IMG/VR virus record: IMGVR_UViG_3300027749_000044
Direction: 5' to 3' (one strand)
Length of the DNA: 64,000 nucleotides
DNA from: a virus
A model generated the notes under the pieces. It had not been told where the DNA came from. It ran no database searches and saw only the letters and a program-made list of their open reading frames with translations. Of this stretch, positions 1 through 10,043 are shown piece after piece (positions within the stretch are counted from its first letter, which is position 1; each line of letters opens with the position of its first letter). The translations under genes and the position numbers were made by a program.

Positions 1-137
1 GTAGGATTAATCACAGTATGCATATACTTATCGATAGAGGTCGATAAAACTGCACCACCAAATACATTATAAAATTCAGCAACGTCAGATCCGCCACCGA
101 AAAAACTAATCCGTAAAGGTGTTTTTGCTACAATCAT
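1..137 (-). CDS. GHMP-family sugar kinase (HddA-like heptose-7-phosphate kinase), truncated by window edge
   Basis: Manual translation [19 protein letters not shown]...[12 protein letters not shown]; the PLRISFxGGGxD motif is typical of HddA-type kinases. Confidence 0.8.
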   Translation of the reverse strand, partial: MIVAKTPLRISFFGGGSDVAEFYNVFGGAVLSTSIDKYMHTVINP

Positions 138-349
138 AGTACTTTTATATATCCTGGTTCATATTCAATCTCAACGTTTGCCCATTCTAAATGACTCCCG
201 TGAGAATCGGTTACAATATACCCATATTGTAATACTGGCATTTTTCCCATTTGATAATACCAACGAAGTTTAACTGGTCGCAAGTCCACAGTTTTCCATG
301 GAGATAAGTATGATGTTTGTATAACATTTGCTGTATCTTCGAACATCAT
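134..349 (-). CDS. hypothetical protein
   Basis: 71 aa ORF with stop/start overlaps to both neighbours. Confidence 0.6.
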   Translation of the reverse strand: MMFEDTANVIQTSYLSPWKTVDLRPVKLRWYYQMGKMPVLQYGYIVTDSHGSHLEWANVEIEYEPGYIKVL

Positions 350-1368
350 CTCGTTCCTGTATTGAACGTGACAACTTGTTTAGGAAGAGCAAGGGACTTG
401 CCTTCATACTCTCTCAATAATCCTTGCAACAGATTTGTCCACTGTGCAGTAATTTTTGTCCAATTATACCTTTGGTCCGCATACATTTTTACGAACTTAA
501 GATAATTTTGCATATTTTCTTCATTGACTGTGTGGATGGCTTCGTTCATCATTCCGTAAAATATACTGGCATTGATATTTCTATTTCCATCCCATTGATA
601 CATTGCAGTCAATCCTCCGGCAGTATCTGCCAGACCTGCATAATTTGGGTGAATACAAAGACAACCTGCGGACATTGCTTCGATTAATGAGCGCGAATTG
701 CATTCCATCCAAATAGACGGATAAGCAAAAACATGAGCATTCTTGACGGTTTCTCTGACCACTTCATTTGTAGCAAACCCATGATAATTGATTTTCGGAT
801 GTTGTCTGCAACGTTCATACAAAGGCTCATAATCAGCATCTCTTTGTTCCCATCCATAAATTTTAAATGAAGAAAATACGTCCAGTTGTAGGTTATCGTG
901 GTGCTTGCATAGTTCTTCGAATACAGGAACTAGAAGCTCCAGACCCCGTTGGGGAGTGGAGGTATAGACAAACCGGATGATACCATCGTTTGGCTTTGTT
1001 ACATGTGGAAATGGAACAATAGCCGTCTCAATGACAGTTGACTTTGTGTCATGAGGAACACCATGGGTCATTTGGTATGCATTCATTTGCCAATGTCCGC
1101 AGTACACGGTCTTATGGAAACGATTTCTCAAATTGACATCTTTTAGATGTTCCGTTTCCGGATCACCAGGAAGATCATGTACATGATATATTCTAATTTT
1201 ATCTTCTCGTAAATGTCTAACCCTACTTGAAATTAATTGAAAATGCTGAATTAATTCTTGATCAACTCTAGAAACGATGCCTTCCATCATTTGTTCAGAG
1301 CCACCCATAGAATTTTTATTCAATTCGTTACGTTGCCATGCAACGTATTCTTCTTTCTTTTTAGTCAT
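346..1368 (-). CDS. GT-B (GT4-like) glycosyltransferase
   Basis: GGSEQM N-terminal motif, YTSTPQRGL, YPSIWMECNSRSLIEAMSAG; start re-called at MTKKKEEY (1368). Confidence 0.85.
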   Translation of the reverse strand: MTKKKEEYVAWQRNELNKNSMGGSEQMMEGIVSRVDQELIQHFQLISSRVRHLREDKIRIYHVHDLPGDPETEHLKDVNLRNRFHKTVYCGHWQMNAYQMTHGVPHDTKSTVIETAIVPFPHVTKPNDGIIRFVYTSTPQRGLELLVPVFEELCKHHDNLQLDVFSSFKIYGWEQRDADYEPLYERCRQHPKINYHGFATNEVVRETVKNAHVFAYPSIWMECNSRSLIEAMSAGCLCIHPNYAGLADTAGGLTAMYQWDGNRNINASIFYGMMNEAIHTVNEENMQNYLKFVKMYADQRYNWTKITAQWTNLLQGLLREYEGKSLALPKQVVTFNTGTR

Positions 1369-2302
1369 TATTATTATCCTTATAATATTTCCATGCACTT
1401 TCAATGATATTATCGATATACGACGACTCACTGTAATGTGCCAAAAATTTCAAATCTCTGTTTTTGAATTTTGTGTTTGATCCTATCAAAATATCAGGAT
1501 CACCAGGTCGATATGGACCAATATTGAAATCGATTTTTGCGCCTGTTACTTCTTTGAACGTCAAAAATAAATCTATGTTTGACGTTCCTACACCAGTACT
1601 TAGATTGTATGCTTCCGCACCATAATTTCCTGCCAGTAATTCCGACAAAATGGCCCGACATACATCCAACACATGGATATAATCTCGAACACAGGTTCCG
1701 TCAAACGTTTCATATTTTTGACCATTGATCGTGAAATTTTTACCAGCAACTGCCGCACGACACATAGATGTGATAATATGAGGTTGGTCTGCCGATTGTC
1801 CTGTATTGTTTTTATTGTCGGCCCCGCAAACATTAAAAAATCTAAATGAAGTTGATTGGAATCCGTATGCCTCGAATGCATCTTGTAAAATATGCTCAAA
1901 ATGCAATTTTGTTTTTCCATATGGATTAATCGGATCTTTTTTGTCATACTCATTAATTTTACATCTGCGATTGCCATATACAGCAGCCGAAGAAGCAAAA
2001 ATAAATTTGCCTTTCCATCCACTGCCAATCAAAGCTTTCAGCATGGAAGTAGATCCTACCACATTATTATCATAATATGATAATGGATCTTTTACTGACG
2101 GTCCTAAAAGACTGTGTGCGCCTAGATGTACAATACCATGAATTTCATTCGGCATTGAAGTAAGTAATCGACGAATGCCGGTATAGTCATTACTGGGAAC
2201 GTCACGAAGATCCAATCCATATACTTGGTATCCAAATCCTTCCAAATACTTCTTAAGTACAGAACCAATATATCCTTTATGCCCGGTGATTATAATATTC
2301 AT
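1361..2302 (-). CDS. galE: UDP-glucose 4-epimerase-like NAD-dependent epimerase
   Basis: TGxxGYIG Rossmann motif, FASSAAVYG, YGKTK (YxxxK), DGTCVRDYIHV. Confidence 0.9.
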   Translation of the reverse strand: MNIIITGHKGYIGSVLKKYLEGFGYQVYGLDLRDVPSNDYTGIRRLLTSMPNEIHGIVHLGAHSLLGPSVKDPLSYYDNNVVGSTSMLKALIGSGWKGKFIFASSAAVYGNRRCKINEYDKKDPINPYGKTKLHFEHILQDAFEAYGFQSTSFRFFNVCGADNKNNTGQSADQPHIITSMCRAAVAGKNFTINGQKYETFDGTCVRDYIHVLDVCRAILSELLAGNYGAEAYNLSTGVGTSNIDLFLTFKEVTGAKIDFNIGPYRPGDPDILIGSNTKFKNRDLKFLAHYSESSYIDNIIESAWKYYKDNNND

Positions 2303-2469
2303 TCTTCTTCCTTAAATTCTATTTCTTCCATTAATAGCGTATTATAACCTTCTGCGACTTGTAGTGCCAGCGACAAAGCAGCAAGACTATTAATTTTAAA
2401 CGCAATTTCCATTAAAGTTTTTGCAACCCACGCGGTAAAATATTGCCACCCAGTTAACTCATGTCTCAT
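2299..2469 (-). CDS. small hypothetical protein (56 aa)
   Basis: Manual translation MRHELTGWQYF...EFKEEE; fills the gap with ATGA overlaps. Confidence 0.55.
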   Translation of the reverse strand: MRHELTGWQYFTAWVAKTLMEIAFKINSLAALSLALQVAEGYNTLLMEEIEFKEEE

Positions 2470-2756
2470 AGACCAAACTCAATTGAAAGAATTGAATCGA
2501 CTCGGATCGAACGCCATTCATTGATTTCTGTGTCAAATACAGAGATTACACCAACAGAAGGAACTTTTGTTCTTTCGGTTTTCTTTTCCGGAGCCACGTA
2601 ATTTTCAGTAATATATTGATTGTTCAACGTGCAATACATCCGACGGGTGGTGCCATCTTTCTTTTCGAATTCAATTACGACGGTACCTTCATGTAAAAGT
2701 CCATCTAACCATGCCTTAAGTTGTACTTCTTGTGTATTATCTACTTCATTGTCCAT
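2466..2756 (-). CDS. conserved T4-like small SH3/WYL-like protein
   Basis: FEKKDGTTRRMYCTL...VFDTEINEWRSIR pattern. Confidence 0.7.
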   Translation of the reverse strand: MDNEVDNTQEVQLKAWLDGLLHEGTVVIEFEKKDGTTRRMYCTLNNQYITENYVAPEKKTERTKVPSVGVISVFDTEINEWRSIRVDSILSIEFGL

Positions 2757-2991
2757 CGATATATTCCTCTAATTGTGTGAATCCGCCGATATAAGTTTCA
2801 TGACCAGAATTATGAACAACTATTTGTGGATATGTTTTTGCGTCAGGAAACTTTTCTAAAAGTTCATCGCGAGTAAAATGTTCGCCTAAATTAAAATATG
2901 TGTATGATTTGTCACATTCTGCCAATAAAGTTTCTGTCATCTTACAAAATGTGCAATCTGTTCTACCGTAAACATAAAAATGTTCTGCCAT
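2746..2991 (-). CDS. glutaredoxin
   Basis: CTFC active site, TYPQI, IGGFTQL. Confidence 0.9.
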   Translation of the reverse strand: MAEHFYVYGRTDCTFCKMTETLLAECDKSYTYFNLGEHFTRDELLEKFPDAKTYPQIVVHNSGHETYIGGFTQLEEYIDGQ

Positions 2992-3470
2992 TAATTATTT
3001 TCCTTTAAATTAAATGTAAATTCGCCATCGACGACATTGATTTCTACTCTAGGATACTTACATGCATCTCCTCCGAGTCGGACGTAATCTCGACCACCGT
3101 CAATGAACCCGCCTGGAATACCATGCATATCATGCCGATATCTAGAAATATGAACTTCGCCTTTAGGATCTACAACACCCAATAATGGCGAGTCAAAACA
3201 CTTTTCACCGTTTGCTATCAAAAGTGGTCCTTTGGACCCATCATAATTTCGTTGATAATACATTGCAAAATAATTTGAATGACCAAGAGACCGGTCTGGA
3301 TTTTCTACGTAAAATAATTCGACAGGTTCTTCAGTCCAATTGCCGTTTTTCCGTGGCATTGCAAAATAACCTAGATACTTTGCTTTATATTTTTCACAAA
3401 CAATATTAATACCTTTGGCATTCAACCAATAGCCATCCGTAGGAACCGTAAGGAACATAGCTTTCTCCAT
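2991..3470 (-). CDS. hypothetical protein
   Basis: 159 aa ORF, first gene of the leftward operon, IDGGRDYVR motif. Confidence 0.7.
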   Translation of the reverse strand: MEKAMFLTVPTDGYWLNAKGINIVCEKYKAKYLGYFAMPRKNGNWTEEPVELFYVENPDRSLGHSNYFAMYYQRNYDGSKGPLLIANGEKCFDSPLLGVVDPKGEVHISRYRHDMHGIPGGFIDGGRDYVRLGGDACKYPRVEINVVDGEFTFNLKENN

Positions 3471-3483
3471 GATTTATATCCAA

Positions 3484-3512
3484 TCATACACCCTTCATAT
3501 AAATAAGGCAAC
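3484..3512 (-). promoter_or_regulatory. sigma70-type promoter for the leftward glycosylation operon
   Basis: Minus strand GG-TTGCCT-17 nt-TATGAT, same family as other GGTTGCCA promoters here. Confidence 0.6.
3498..3505 (+). promoter_or_regulatory. T4-type late promoter
   Basis: TATAAATA upstream of gp14. Confidence 0.8.
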
Positions 3513-3529
3513 CAGAAAAATAGGATTTT

Positions 3530-4237
3530 TTGATGCCTACCACAAATTTCTTTTTTAACAATTTTTCATCGGCATCTGAACAGAGGCTTTTGGCTGATCT
3601 TAGTACAGAAATGATCAAAATGTATGGAGTGGAAGCTTATTATTTGCCTCGAACTCATGTTGCATTGGATCAACTATTTAATGCTGATGCTCTATCAAAA
3701 TTCGATCATGCCATTCCTTTAGAAATGTATATCAAAAATTTTTCTGGCTATCAAGGCGAAGGTGACATGCTATCTAAATTTGGCATCACAATGGCCGATC
3801 AAATTACATTTTGTATTTCTCGGACTAGATTTAGCGAAGATATCGGAAGTCCATATAATTTAATTAGACCAAATGAAGGTGATCTTGTTTATTTAGGCAT
3901 GACCTCCGCTTTGTTTGAAATAAAATTCGTCGAACATGAATCTACGTTCTATCAAACCGGATCATTGCAATATTATGAAATGAAATGTGAACGCTTTAAT
4001 TATAATAGCGAAAAACTTAATACAGGAATTCCAGACGTCGATATTATTGCCAATACATATAGTGAAGCTGGCGCAGTATTAACAACTATATCTGGAATTT
4101 CATTGCAAACATTAAATGGTGAACCAATTGAAATAAATTCAATTTCTGATCCTGCCGCACAAAATGACTATTTCGTTAATGCTGCGACGCAATTTGTTGA
4201 TTTTAGTGTAACAAATCCATTTGGAGATGTAATATAA
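3530..4237 (+). CDS. gp14: neck protein gp14
   Basis: YYLPR, LSKFG, RPNEGDLVY, FEIKFVEHE..FYQ.G, DFSVTNPFG; synteny. Confidence 0.9.
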   Translation: MMPTTNFFFNNFSSASEQRLLADLSTEMIKMYGVEAYYLPRTHVALDQLFNADALSKFDHAIPLEMYIKNFSGYQGEGDMLSKFGITMADQITFCISRTRFSEDIGSPYNLIRPNEGDLVYLGMTSALFEIKFVEHESTFYQTGSLQYYEMKCERFNYNSEKLNTGIPDVDIIANTYSEAGAVLTTISGISLQTLNGEPIEINSISDPAAQNDYFVNAATQFVDFSVTNPFGDVI

Positions 4238-4238
4238 C

Positions 4239-5144
4239 ATGTTAGGTTCTAGTTTTTATCACGGCACTATAAGAAAATATGTTACTCTTTTTGGATCAAT
4301 GTTTAATGATATTTACATTGATCGTGTCGATTCTAGCAATAATGCATTACAGTCGATGCGGGTTCCTATTTCGTATGGACCAAAAGATAGATATATTGCG
4401 CGGGCCCAACAAAATCCAGATTTACTTCGGCCTGTGTCTCAAGTATTTCCTAGGATGTCATTTGAAATTAATAATATAAGATATGACCCAGAAAGAAAAC
4501 TCAATACAGTAGGAAGAAATTCTGGACCTAATAGTTATAAAAATAACGTTAATACACAATTCAATCCTGTGGCATATGATTTTGATATTACTTTATCCAT
4601 AATTGCAAGAAATTCCGACGATGCTACAAGAATTGTCGAACAGATATTGCCATTTTTCACACCAGAATGGACAACAGCAATTAAACTTATTCCAGATTTG
4701 GTCGAAATGGATATTCCTATTGTTCTAAAGACGGTATCTCTTGAGGATTCATATGAAGGAGATTTTGAATCCAAACAATTTATCATATGGACTTTGGGGT
4801 TTACACTCAAAGGTTATTTGTATGGGCCAGTAAATAAGAAAAAAATCATCAATCAAGTCGAAATTAACTTCTATACACCTTCGACAAATACTGCGGCACA
4901 AGGTGTAGGAAACACAAAAATTTCAGAATATGTAATTGTCACTCCAGGATTGGATGCAAATGGCAATCCAACAACTTTGCCGGCAAATTCTATTCCTTTA
5001 TCTCAAATTGCAGCAAATTCTAATTATGGATTTATTGTTGAATTTTTGACTAATTATCAAGTGGAAAATACAATTCTTTATGGAAATAATACTGACTTCA
5101 GATTCAAAGAAGCCAGCCAATATATTGATTTATTATTACTCTAG
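4239..5144 (+). CDS. gp15: tail sheath stabilizer/terminator gp15
   Basis: FYHGTIRKY..LFG.MFNDI, VPISYGPK, PRMSFE, EQILPFF. Confidence 0.9.
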   Translation: MLGSSFYHGTIRKYVTLFGSMFNDIYIDRVDSSNNALQSMRVPISYGPKDRYIARAQQNPDLLRPVSQVFPRMSFEINNIRYDPERKLNTVGRNSGPNSYKNNVNTQFNPVAYDFDITLSIIARNSDDATRIVEQILPFFTPEWTTAIKLIPDLVEMDIPIVLKTVSLEDSYEGDFESKQFIIWTLGFTLKGYLYGPVNKKKIINQVEINFYTPSTNTAAQGVGNTKISEYVIVTPGLDANGNPTTLPANSIPLSQIAANSNYGFIVEFLTNYQVENTILYGNNTDFRFKEASQYIDLLLL

Positions 5145-5155
5145 AAAGATTTAAA

Positions 5156-5557
5156 ATGACTAACGATCCATTAGCCAACGTGCTAAACATAACCCCAATG
5201 TCAACTTCTTTGGTTACAACTTCTAATAGTGATGTTGTACAACATCAAACACCAGTTGAAAAAATAGAGCAAGATTTCGAAGAAGTAAGACAAAATTATA
5301 AAAACATGATTGAGGTTGGTGATGATGCACTTACCGAAATTTTAAATGTTGCTAAACAATCACAATCGCCTCGCGCGTTTGAAGTTGTGGCGACATTGAT
5401 ATCAACTCTCAACAATGTTAATAAAGATTTGTTAAATTTACATAAAGCTGCCAAAGACCTTGCAGGTGAACAATCTACTAACGTCACCAATAATACTCTC
5501 GTTTTAACAACAAAAGATATGTTAGAATTGATGAAAAGAAAACCAGAAGAAGAATAA
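5156..5557 (+). CDS. gp16: terminase small subunit gp16
   Basis: SPRAFEVVATLI motif, NVTNNTL; position before gp17. Confidence 0.9.
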   Translation: MTNDPLANVLNITPMSTSLVTTSNSDVVQHQTPVEKIEQDFEEVRQNYKNMIEVGDDALTEILNVAKQSQSPRAFEVVATLISTLNNVNKDLLNLHKAAKDLAGEQSTNVTNNTLVLTTKDMLELMKRKPEEE

Positions 5558-7219
5558 ATGTCAGAAAATTACTTAGGTAATATTAATCTAAAGGCTGCCG
5601 GTGTACCAGTCGAATGGACACCAGAAACATTCGCTGAATATTCTAAATGTTCGCAGGCGCCTGTTTATTTTTCTAAAAATTATGTTCAAATTGTCAACGT
5701 TGATAAAGGATTGATGCCATTTAATATGTGGCCATTCCAAGAAGAAATGATGATGAACATGGTGAACAATAGATTTTCTATTGCTAAAATGCCACGTCAG
5801 GTAGGTAAAACCACTGTTACCGCAGCAACAATTCTTTGGCATATATTATTTAATTCTAATTATTCTGTTGCAATACTCGCAAACAAAGAAGCTCAAGCAA
5901 TTGAAATTCTTTCTCGTATTAAAGATGCGTATGAATTGCTCCCTATGTGGATGCAACAAGGCGTTCTTTCTTGGGGAAAAAGAAGTATCACTTTAGAAAA
6001 CGGATCAAAAATAGTATGTGCGGCCACCTCATCGACTGCTATTCGTGGACGTTCCATGAATTTAGTATATCTGGACGAATTTGCATTCGTACCTACAAAT
6101 GTCCAAGAAACGTTTTTCGCGTCGGTATATCCTACAATTTCTTCTGGTACAACAACAAAAGTTATCATCACTTCTACTCCAAACGGATTCAATTTATTTT
6201 ATAAGTTTTGGCATGATAGTGAAGAAGGACGAAACCAATATGTCCGATCTAATGTTCATTGGTCTGACATTCCTGGGCGAGACGAAAAGTGGAAACAAGA
6301 AACCATACAAAACACTTCTGAAAAACAATTCAGGGTCGAATTCGAATGTGAATTCCTTGGTTCTTCTAATACACTTATCGATGCCTTCAAATTGCAACAA
6401 ATGGTATATCAAAATCCGTTGCGTAGTTTCGAAAACTATGCGGGACCAACTGACATTTATTTCTTGCCTGAACCAAAAAGAAAATATGTCATTACGGCCG
6501 ACGTTGCGAGAGGAGTCGAAGGAGATTATTCGGCGGCTGTTGTATTTGACGTCACAGAATATCCTTATAAAATTGCTTGTAAATATAAATCAAATGAAAT
6601 ATCACCTTTGCTATTTCCAAACAAAATATATGAATTGGCAAAAGCATATAATGATGCCGTAGTACTTGTTGAAGTCAATGATATTGGTCAACAAGTCGTA
6701 GATATTCTTTATATGGATTTAGAATATGAAAATGTTTTGGTCACGCAAACGAAAGGTCGCGGTGGTCAAAAAATCGGCGGTGGATTTGGTGGCGTAAGGC
6801 CTCAAATGGGTGTAAAAACCACAAAACAAGTAAAAAGAATCGGGTGTGCTAACTTAAAAACTTTGATCGAATCTGACAAATTAATCAATTTAGATTATGA
6901 TATTTTTTATGAATTGACAAGGTTCGTCGAAGTACGAGATTCATACGAAGCAGAAGTTGGCGCCCACGACGATTTGGTTATGTGTTGCGTGTTGTTTGCA
7001 TGGCTTGTCAACCAATCATATTTTAAAGAATTATTCACAACAGATGTTCGCGAGCAACTTGTGCAAGATAACCAAAGAATCATTGAAGATTCTGGTGTAA
7101 CTTTTGGATTTATTTCTGATCATGGAACCGAAGAATTATCAGAAGGTCCGAAGTTATCATTATCAGAAAAAGAATTTTATAATATGGATTTTCATCCTGA
7201 TACTTATCATAGGTGGTAA
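5558..7219 (+). CDS. gp17: terminase large subunit gp17
   Basis: YLGN.NLK, PRQVGKTT Walker A, YLDEFAF Walker B, TSTPNG, HDDLVM nuclease motif. Confidence 0.97.
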   Translation: MSENYLGNINLKAAGVPVEWTPETFAEYSKCSQAPVYFSKNYVQIVNVDKGLMPFNMWPFQEEMMMNMVNNRFSIAKMPRQVGKTTVTAATILWHILFNSNYSVAILANKEAQAIEILSRIKDAYELLPMWMQQGVLSWGKRSITLENGSKIVCAATSSTAIRGRSMNLVYLDEFAFVPTNVQETFFASVYPTISSGTTTKVIITSTPNGFNLFYKFWHDSEEGRNQYVRSNVHWSDIPGRDEKWKQETIQNTSEKQFRVEFECEFLGSSNTLIDAFKLQQMVYQNPLRSFENYAGPTDIYFLPEPKRKYVITADVARGVEGDYSAAVVFDVTEYPYKIACKYKSNEISPLLFPNKIYELAKAYNDAVVLVEVNDIGQQVVDILYMDLEYENVLVTQTKGRGGQKIGGGFGGVRPQMGVKTTKQVKRIGCANLKTLIESDKLINLDYDIFYELTRFVEVRDSYEAEVGAHDDLVMCCVLFAWLVNQSYFKELFTTDVREQLVQDNQRIIEDSGVTFGFISDHGTEELSEGPKLSLSEKEFYNMDFHPDTYHRW

Positions 7220-7238
7220 ATAGTGTAATTCTAAATTC

Positions 7239-7246
7239 TATAAATA
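7239..7246 (+). promoter_or_regulatory. T4-type late promoter
   Basis: TATAAATA upstream of gp18. Confidence 0.8.
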
Positions 7247-7291
7247 ATAAGAAATTTAATGTAACTATAACGCCTCTTGAGGAGAAAAAAT

Positions 7292-9418
7292 ATGGTCGGA
7301 CAAGTAAGCCCAGGAATTAATACTAGTGAAATTGATCTAACAACTATTGTTCCTTCGGTATCAACTACAGTAGGAGCAATTGCCGGTGTTTTCCGTTGGG
7401 GTCCAGCTAACCAAAGAGTATTGGTTGATTCTGAGGCAACATTGGTTAGAATTTTTGGTAAACCAAATTCCAATAATTACGAAACATTTTTTACAGCCGC
7501 TAATTTCCTTTCTTATGGAAATGCTTTGCAGGTAGTACGTACTGTTGAGAAATCAACAGGTAACGCATATAACGCTTTCGCGAACTCAACTGGAGCAGCG
7601 ACAGCAAATGTTGTGCAAATTGATAACGCCGATGCATTTAGCACAACTACAATTTCAAATACTGCAATTGATTTCGTCGCTAAGTACGAAGGTTCTTTGG
7701 GTAATTCAATCAAACTATCTATTTGTGATAGCGCGAACGTTTATAACTCAAACATTACAGTAACTGGCGGATCTCAAAATGCATTCGTATTTTCTGCAGG
7801 ATCAAACGTCGCTCAAATTCAAATCACAATGTCTTCTAATGCGGCCGCAGTTGGTAACGTAAATACTGTACTTGCTGGATTAAAAGTAGGTGATTGGGTT
7901 GTAATCGGCAACACAACCATTGGAACTCAATATGCTAAAGTGTCTGCTATTCCCGCAAACTTAACGACATCTACTGCAAACGGAGGTAACTTTACTGCAT
8001 TAGCCAACGTTTCTTTGGCTACTGTATACAATGGATCAACGACATATCAAGCAAACACAATCAGTCGTTATTGGGAATTCTATAACGCCGTAACGAAATC
8101 TCCTGGAACAACAAATTTCATGACCATTAATGGTTATGGTACTGTTCAAGACGAACTACACGCGGTTGTTGTAGATTATAATGGATTGTTTACTGGAAGC
8201 CCAGGACAAATTTTGGAAGTATTTTCAGGTATGTCGCGAGCAATTGATGCCAAAACTGACCAAGGTGGAACAAATTATTATAAAAACGTTTTAAATAACG
8301 GGTCAGCATATGTTTGGGTTGCCAATTATGAAACAAACAGAAATGCATCTACAGGTGGATATTCAAACACTGGCGCCGTTCTTTATACCAACGTAGGAAC
8401 ATATACGGCAAATGCCACTGCTTATAGCGTAGTTTTTGGTAACGGGTTCGATGGTGCGGCCGAAGGTAACTGTTCTTTGGCAACATTAACAAACGGATAC
8501 AATTTATTCCTTAATAAATCAGATGTTGACGTATCTTTGATCCTACAAGGCAAGGCTAGAGGAACAACCGTAGATAACGGAGTTACGCCTTCGTCTAATT
8601 CCGTTTTATATACTCAATTGGCTAATTACATTGTCAGCAATATCGCAGAAGTTAGAAAAGATTGCATCTTGTTCGTTTCCCCTTCATATTCTGATGTCGT
8701 TGCGACCGGATATACTTCTGTCACTGATCCAACAACAAATATCGTTGCATTCAGAAACAACATTTCTTTGAATAGTTCGTATGCTGTATTGGATTCAGGT
8801 TACAAATATCAGTATGACAAATATAATGACCTATATCGTTGGGTTCCATTGAACGGAGATGTCGCGGGCACATGTGTTGTCACTGACCTTCTTCGTGATC
8901 CATGGTTCTCTCCTGCTGGATTCACAAGAGGTAACATCAAAAACGTCGTTAAGCTTGCATACAATCCAAACCAAGCACAAAGAGATACATTGTATCTAAA
9001 AGATATTAACCCAGTAGTTTCATTCCCAGGACAAGGAACTGTACTTTACGGGGATAAGACACTTATTGGTCGACCTTCTGCATTTGATCGTATCAACGTT
9101 AGACGTTTGTTCATTGTACTTGAAAAGGCAATTTCTTTGGCAGCACAGTCAAGCCTATTCGAATTTAATGATTCGTTCACACAAACACAATTTAAAAATC
9201 TAATTGATCCATATCTACGAACTATTCAAGGTAGACGTGGTATTACAGATTACCGTGTTGTTTGTGACTCTTCAAATAACCCACCACAAATTGTTGACTC
9301 CAACCAATTCGTCGGAGACATTTATGTCAAACCAGCGCGTAGCATCAATTTCATTCAGTTGAATTTCGTTGCTGTCCGTACAGGGGTAGACTTTACAACA
9401 ATTGTCGGCCAATTTTAA
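7292..9418 (+). CDS. gp18: tail sheath protein gp18
   Basis: SPGINTSEIDLT, FRWGP, PWFSPAG, FDRINVRRLF, KPARSINFIQLNF; GAGGAG RBS before ATG 7292. Confidence 0.97.
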   Translation: MVGQVSPGINTSEIDLTTIVPSVSTTVGAIAGVFRWGPANQRVLVDSEATLVRIFGKPNSNNYETFFTAANFLSYGNALQVVRTVEKSTGNAYNAFANSTGAATANVVQIDNADAFSTTTISNTAIDFVAKYEGSLGNSIKLSICDSANVYNSNITVTGGSQNAFVFSAGSNVAQIQITMSSNAAAVGNVNTVLAGLKVGDWVVIGNTTIGTQYAKVSAIPANLTTSTANGGNFTALANVSLATVYNGSTTYQANTISRYWEFYNAVTKSPGTTNFMTINGYGTVQDELHAVVVDYNGLFTGSPGQILEVFSGMSRAIDAKTDQGGTNYYKNVLNNGSAYVWVANYETNRNASTGGYSNTGAVLYTNVGTYTANATAYSVVFGNGFDGAAEGNCSLATLTNGYNLFLNKSDVDVSLILQGKARGTTVDNGVTPSSNSVLYTQLANYIVSNIAEVRKDCILFVSPSYSDVVATGYTSVTDPTTNIVAFRNNISLNSSYAVLDSGYKYQYDKYNDLYRWVPLNGDVAGTCVVTDLLRDPWFSPAGFTRGNIKNVVKLAYNPNQAQRDTLYLKDINPVVSFPGQGTVLYGDKTLIGRPSAFDRINVRRLFIVLEKAISLAAQSSLFEFNDSFTQTQFKNLIDPYLRTIQGRRGITDYRVVCDSSNNPPQIVDSNQFVGDIYVKPARSINFIQLNFVAVRTGVDFTTIVGQF

Positions 9419-9437
9419 TCCATAGGAGCATACAACA

Positions 9438-9998
9438 ATGGCTTTTTCCGTAAACGATATTCGAAGTGCTCTTAAATTTGGTGGCACCCGTAATACATTA
9501 TTCAGTGTACAATTGACGTCGCCTGCTTTTTTGGGTGGTTCACAAGCAGATCAAAAATTAACTTTTACTGCTCGCGCATCTGAAATTCCAGATGACACAA
9601 TTGGTACAATTCAAGTAGGATATTTTGGTCGTAAGATCAAATTAGCTGGAGACCGTGTGTTTCAACCATGGACAACAACAGTAATCAATGATGAAGATTT
9701 CTTGGTACGTAATAACCTAGAAGCTTGGATGTCTTCTATCAACGGACATCAGGGCAACCTTATGTCGCAAAATGCCACCAACGTAAACTATAAATCAACT
9801 GCTATTGTAACTCAATATGCAAAAAATGGTACTGCTATCAGAACTTATCAATTCAATGGTATTTTCCCCGCTTCCATTTCTGCCGTGCAACTTAATTGGG
9901 ATCAAACAGACACAATTGAAGAATTCCAAGTTCAATGGAATTACGATTTCTGGACTGTTGTCCCCGGCCAAACAGGTACCGGTGGTACTCTAACATAA
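9438..9998 (+). CDS. gp19: tail tube protein gp19
   Basis: GRKIKLAGDRVF.PWT.TVINDEDF, IEEFQV. Confidence 0.95.
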   Translation: MAFSVNDIRSALKFGGTRNTLFSVQLTSPAFLGGSQADQKLTFTARASEIPDDTIGTIQVGYFGRKIKLAGDRVFQPWTTTVINDEDFLVRNNLEAWMSSINGHQGNLMSQNATNVNYKSTAIVTQYAKNGTAIRTYQFNGIFPASISAVQLNWDQTDTIEEFQVQWNYDFWTVVPGQTGTGGTLT

Positions 9999-10043
9999 TA
10001 GAGACTATCTACATACCTTATATAATAAAAGTAAGGAAATACT

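Noticed and set aside
7292-9418. Strong enrichment of canonical N-X-S/T sequons in gp18 as proof of glycosylation
   Set aside because: About 16 of roughly 70 Asn is close to expectation given the high Ser/Thr content; kept only as a weaker compositional hypothesis
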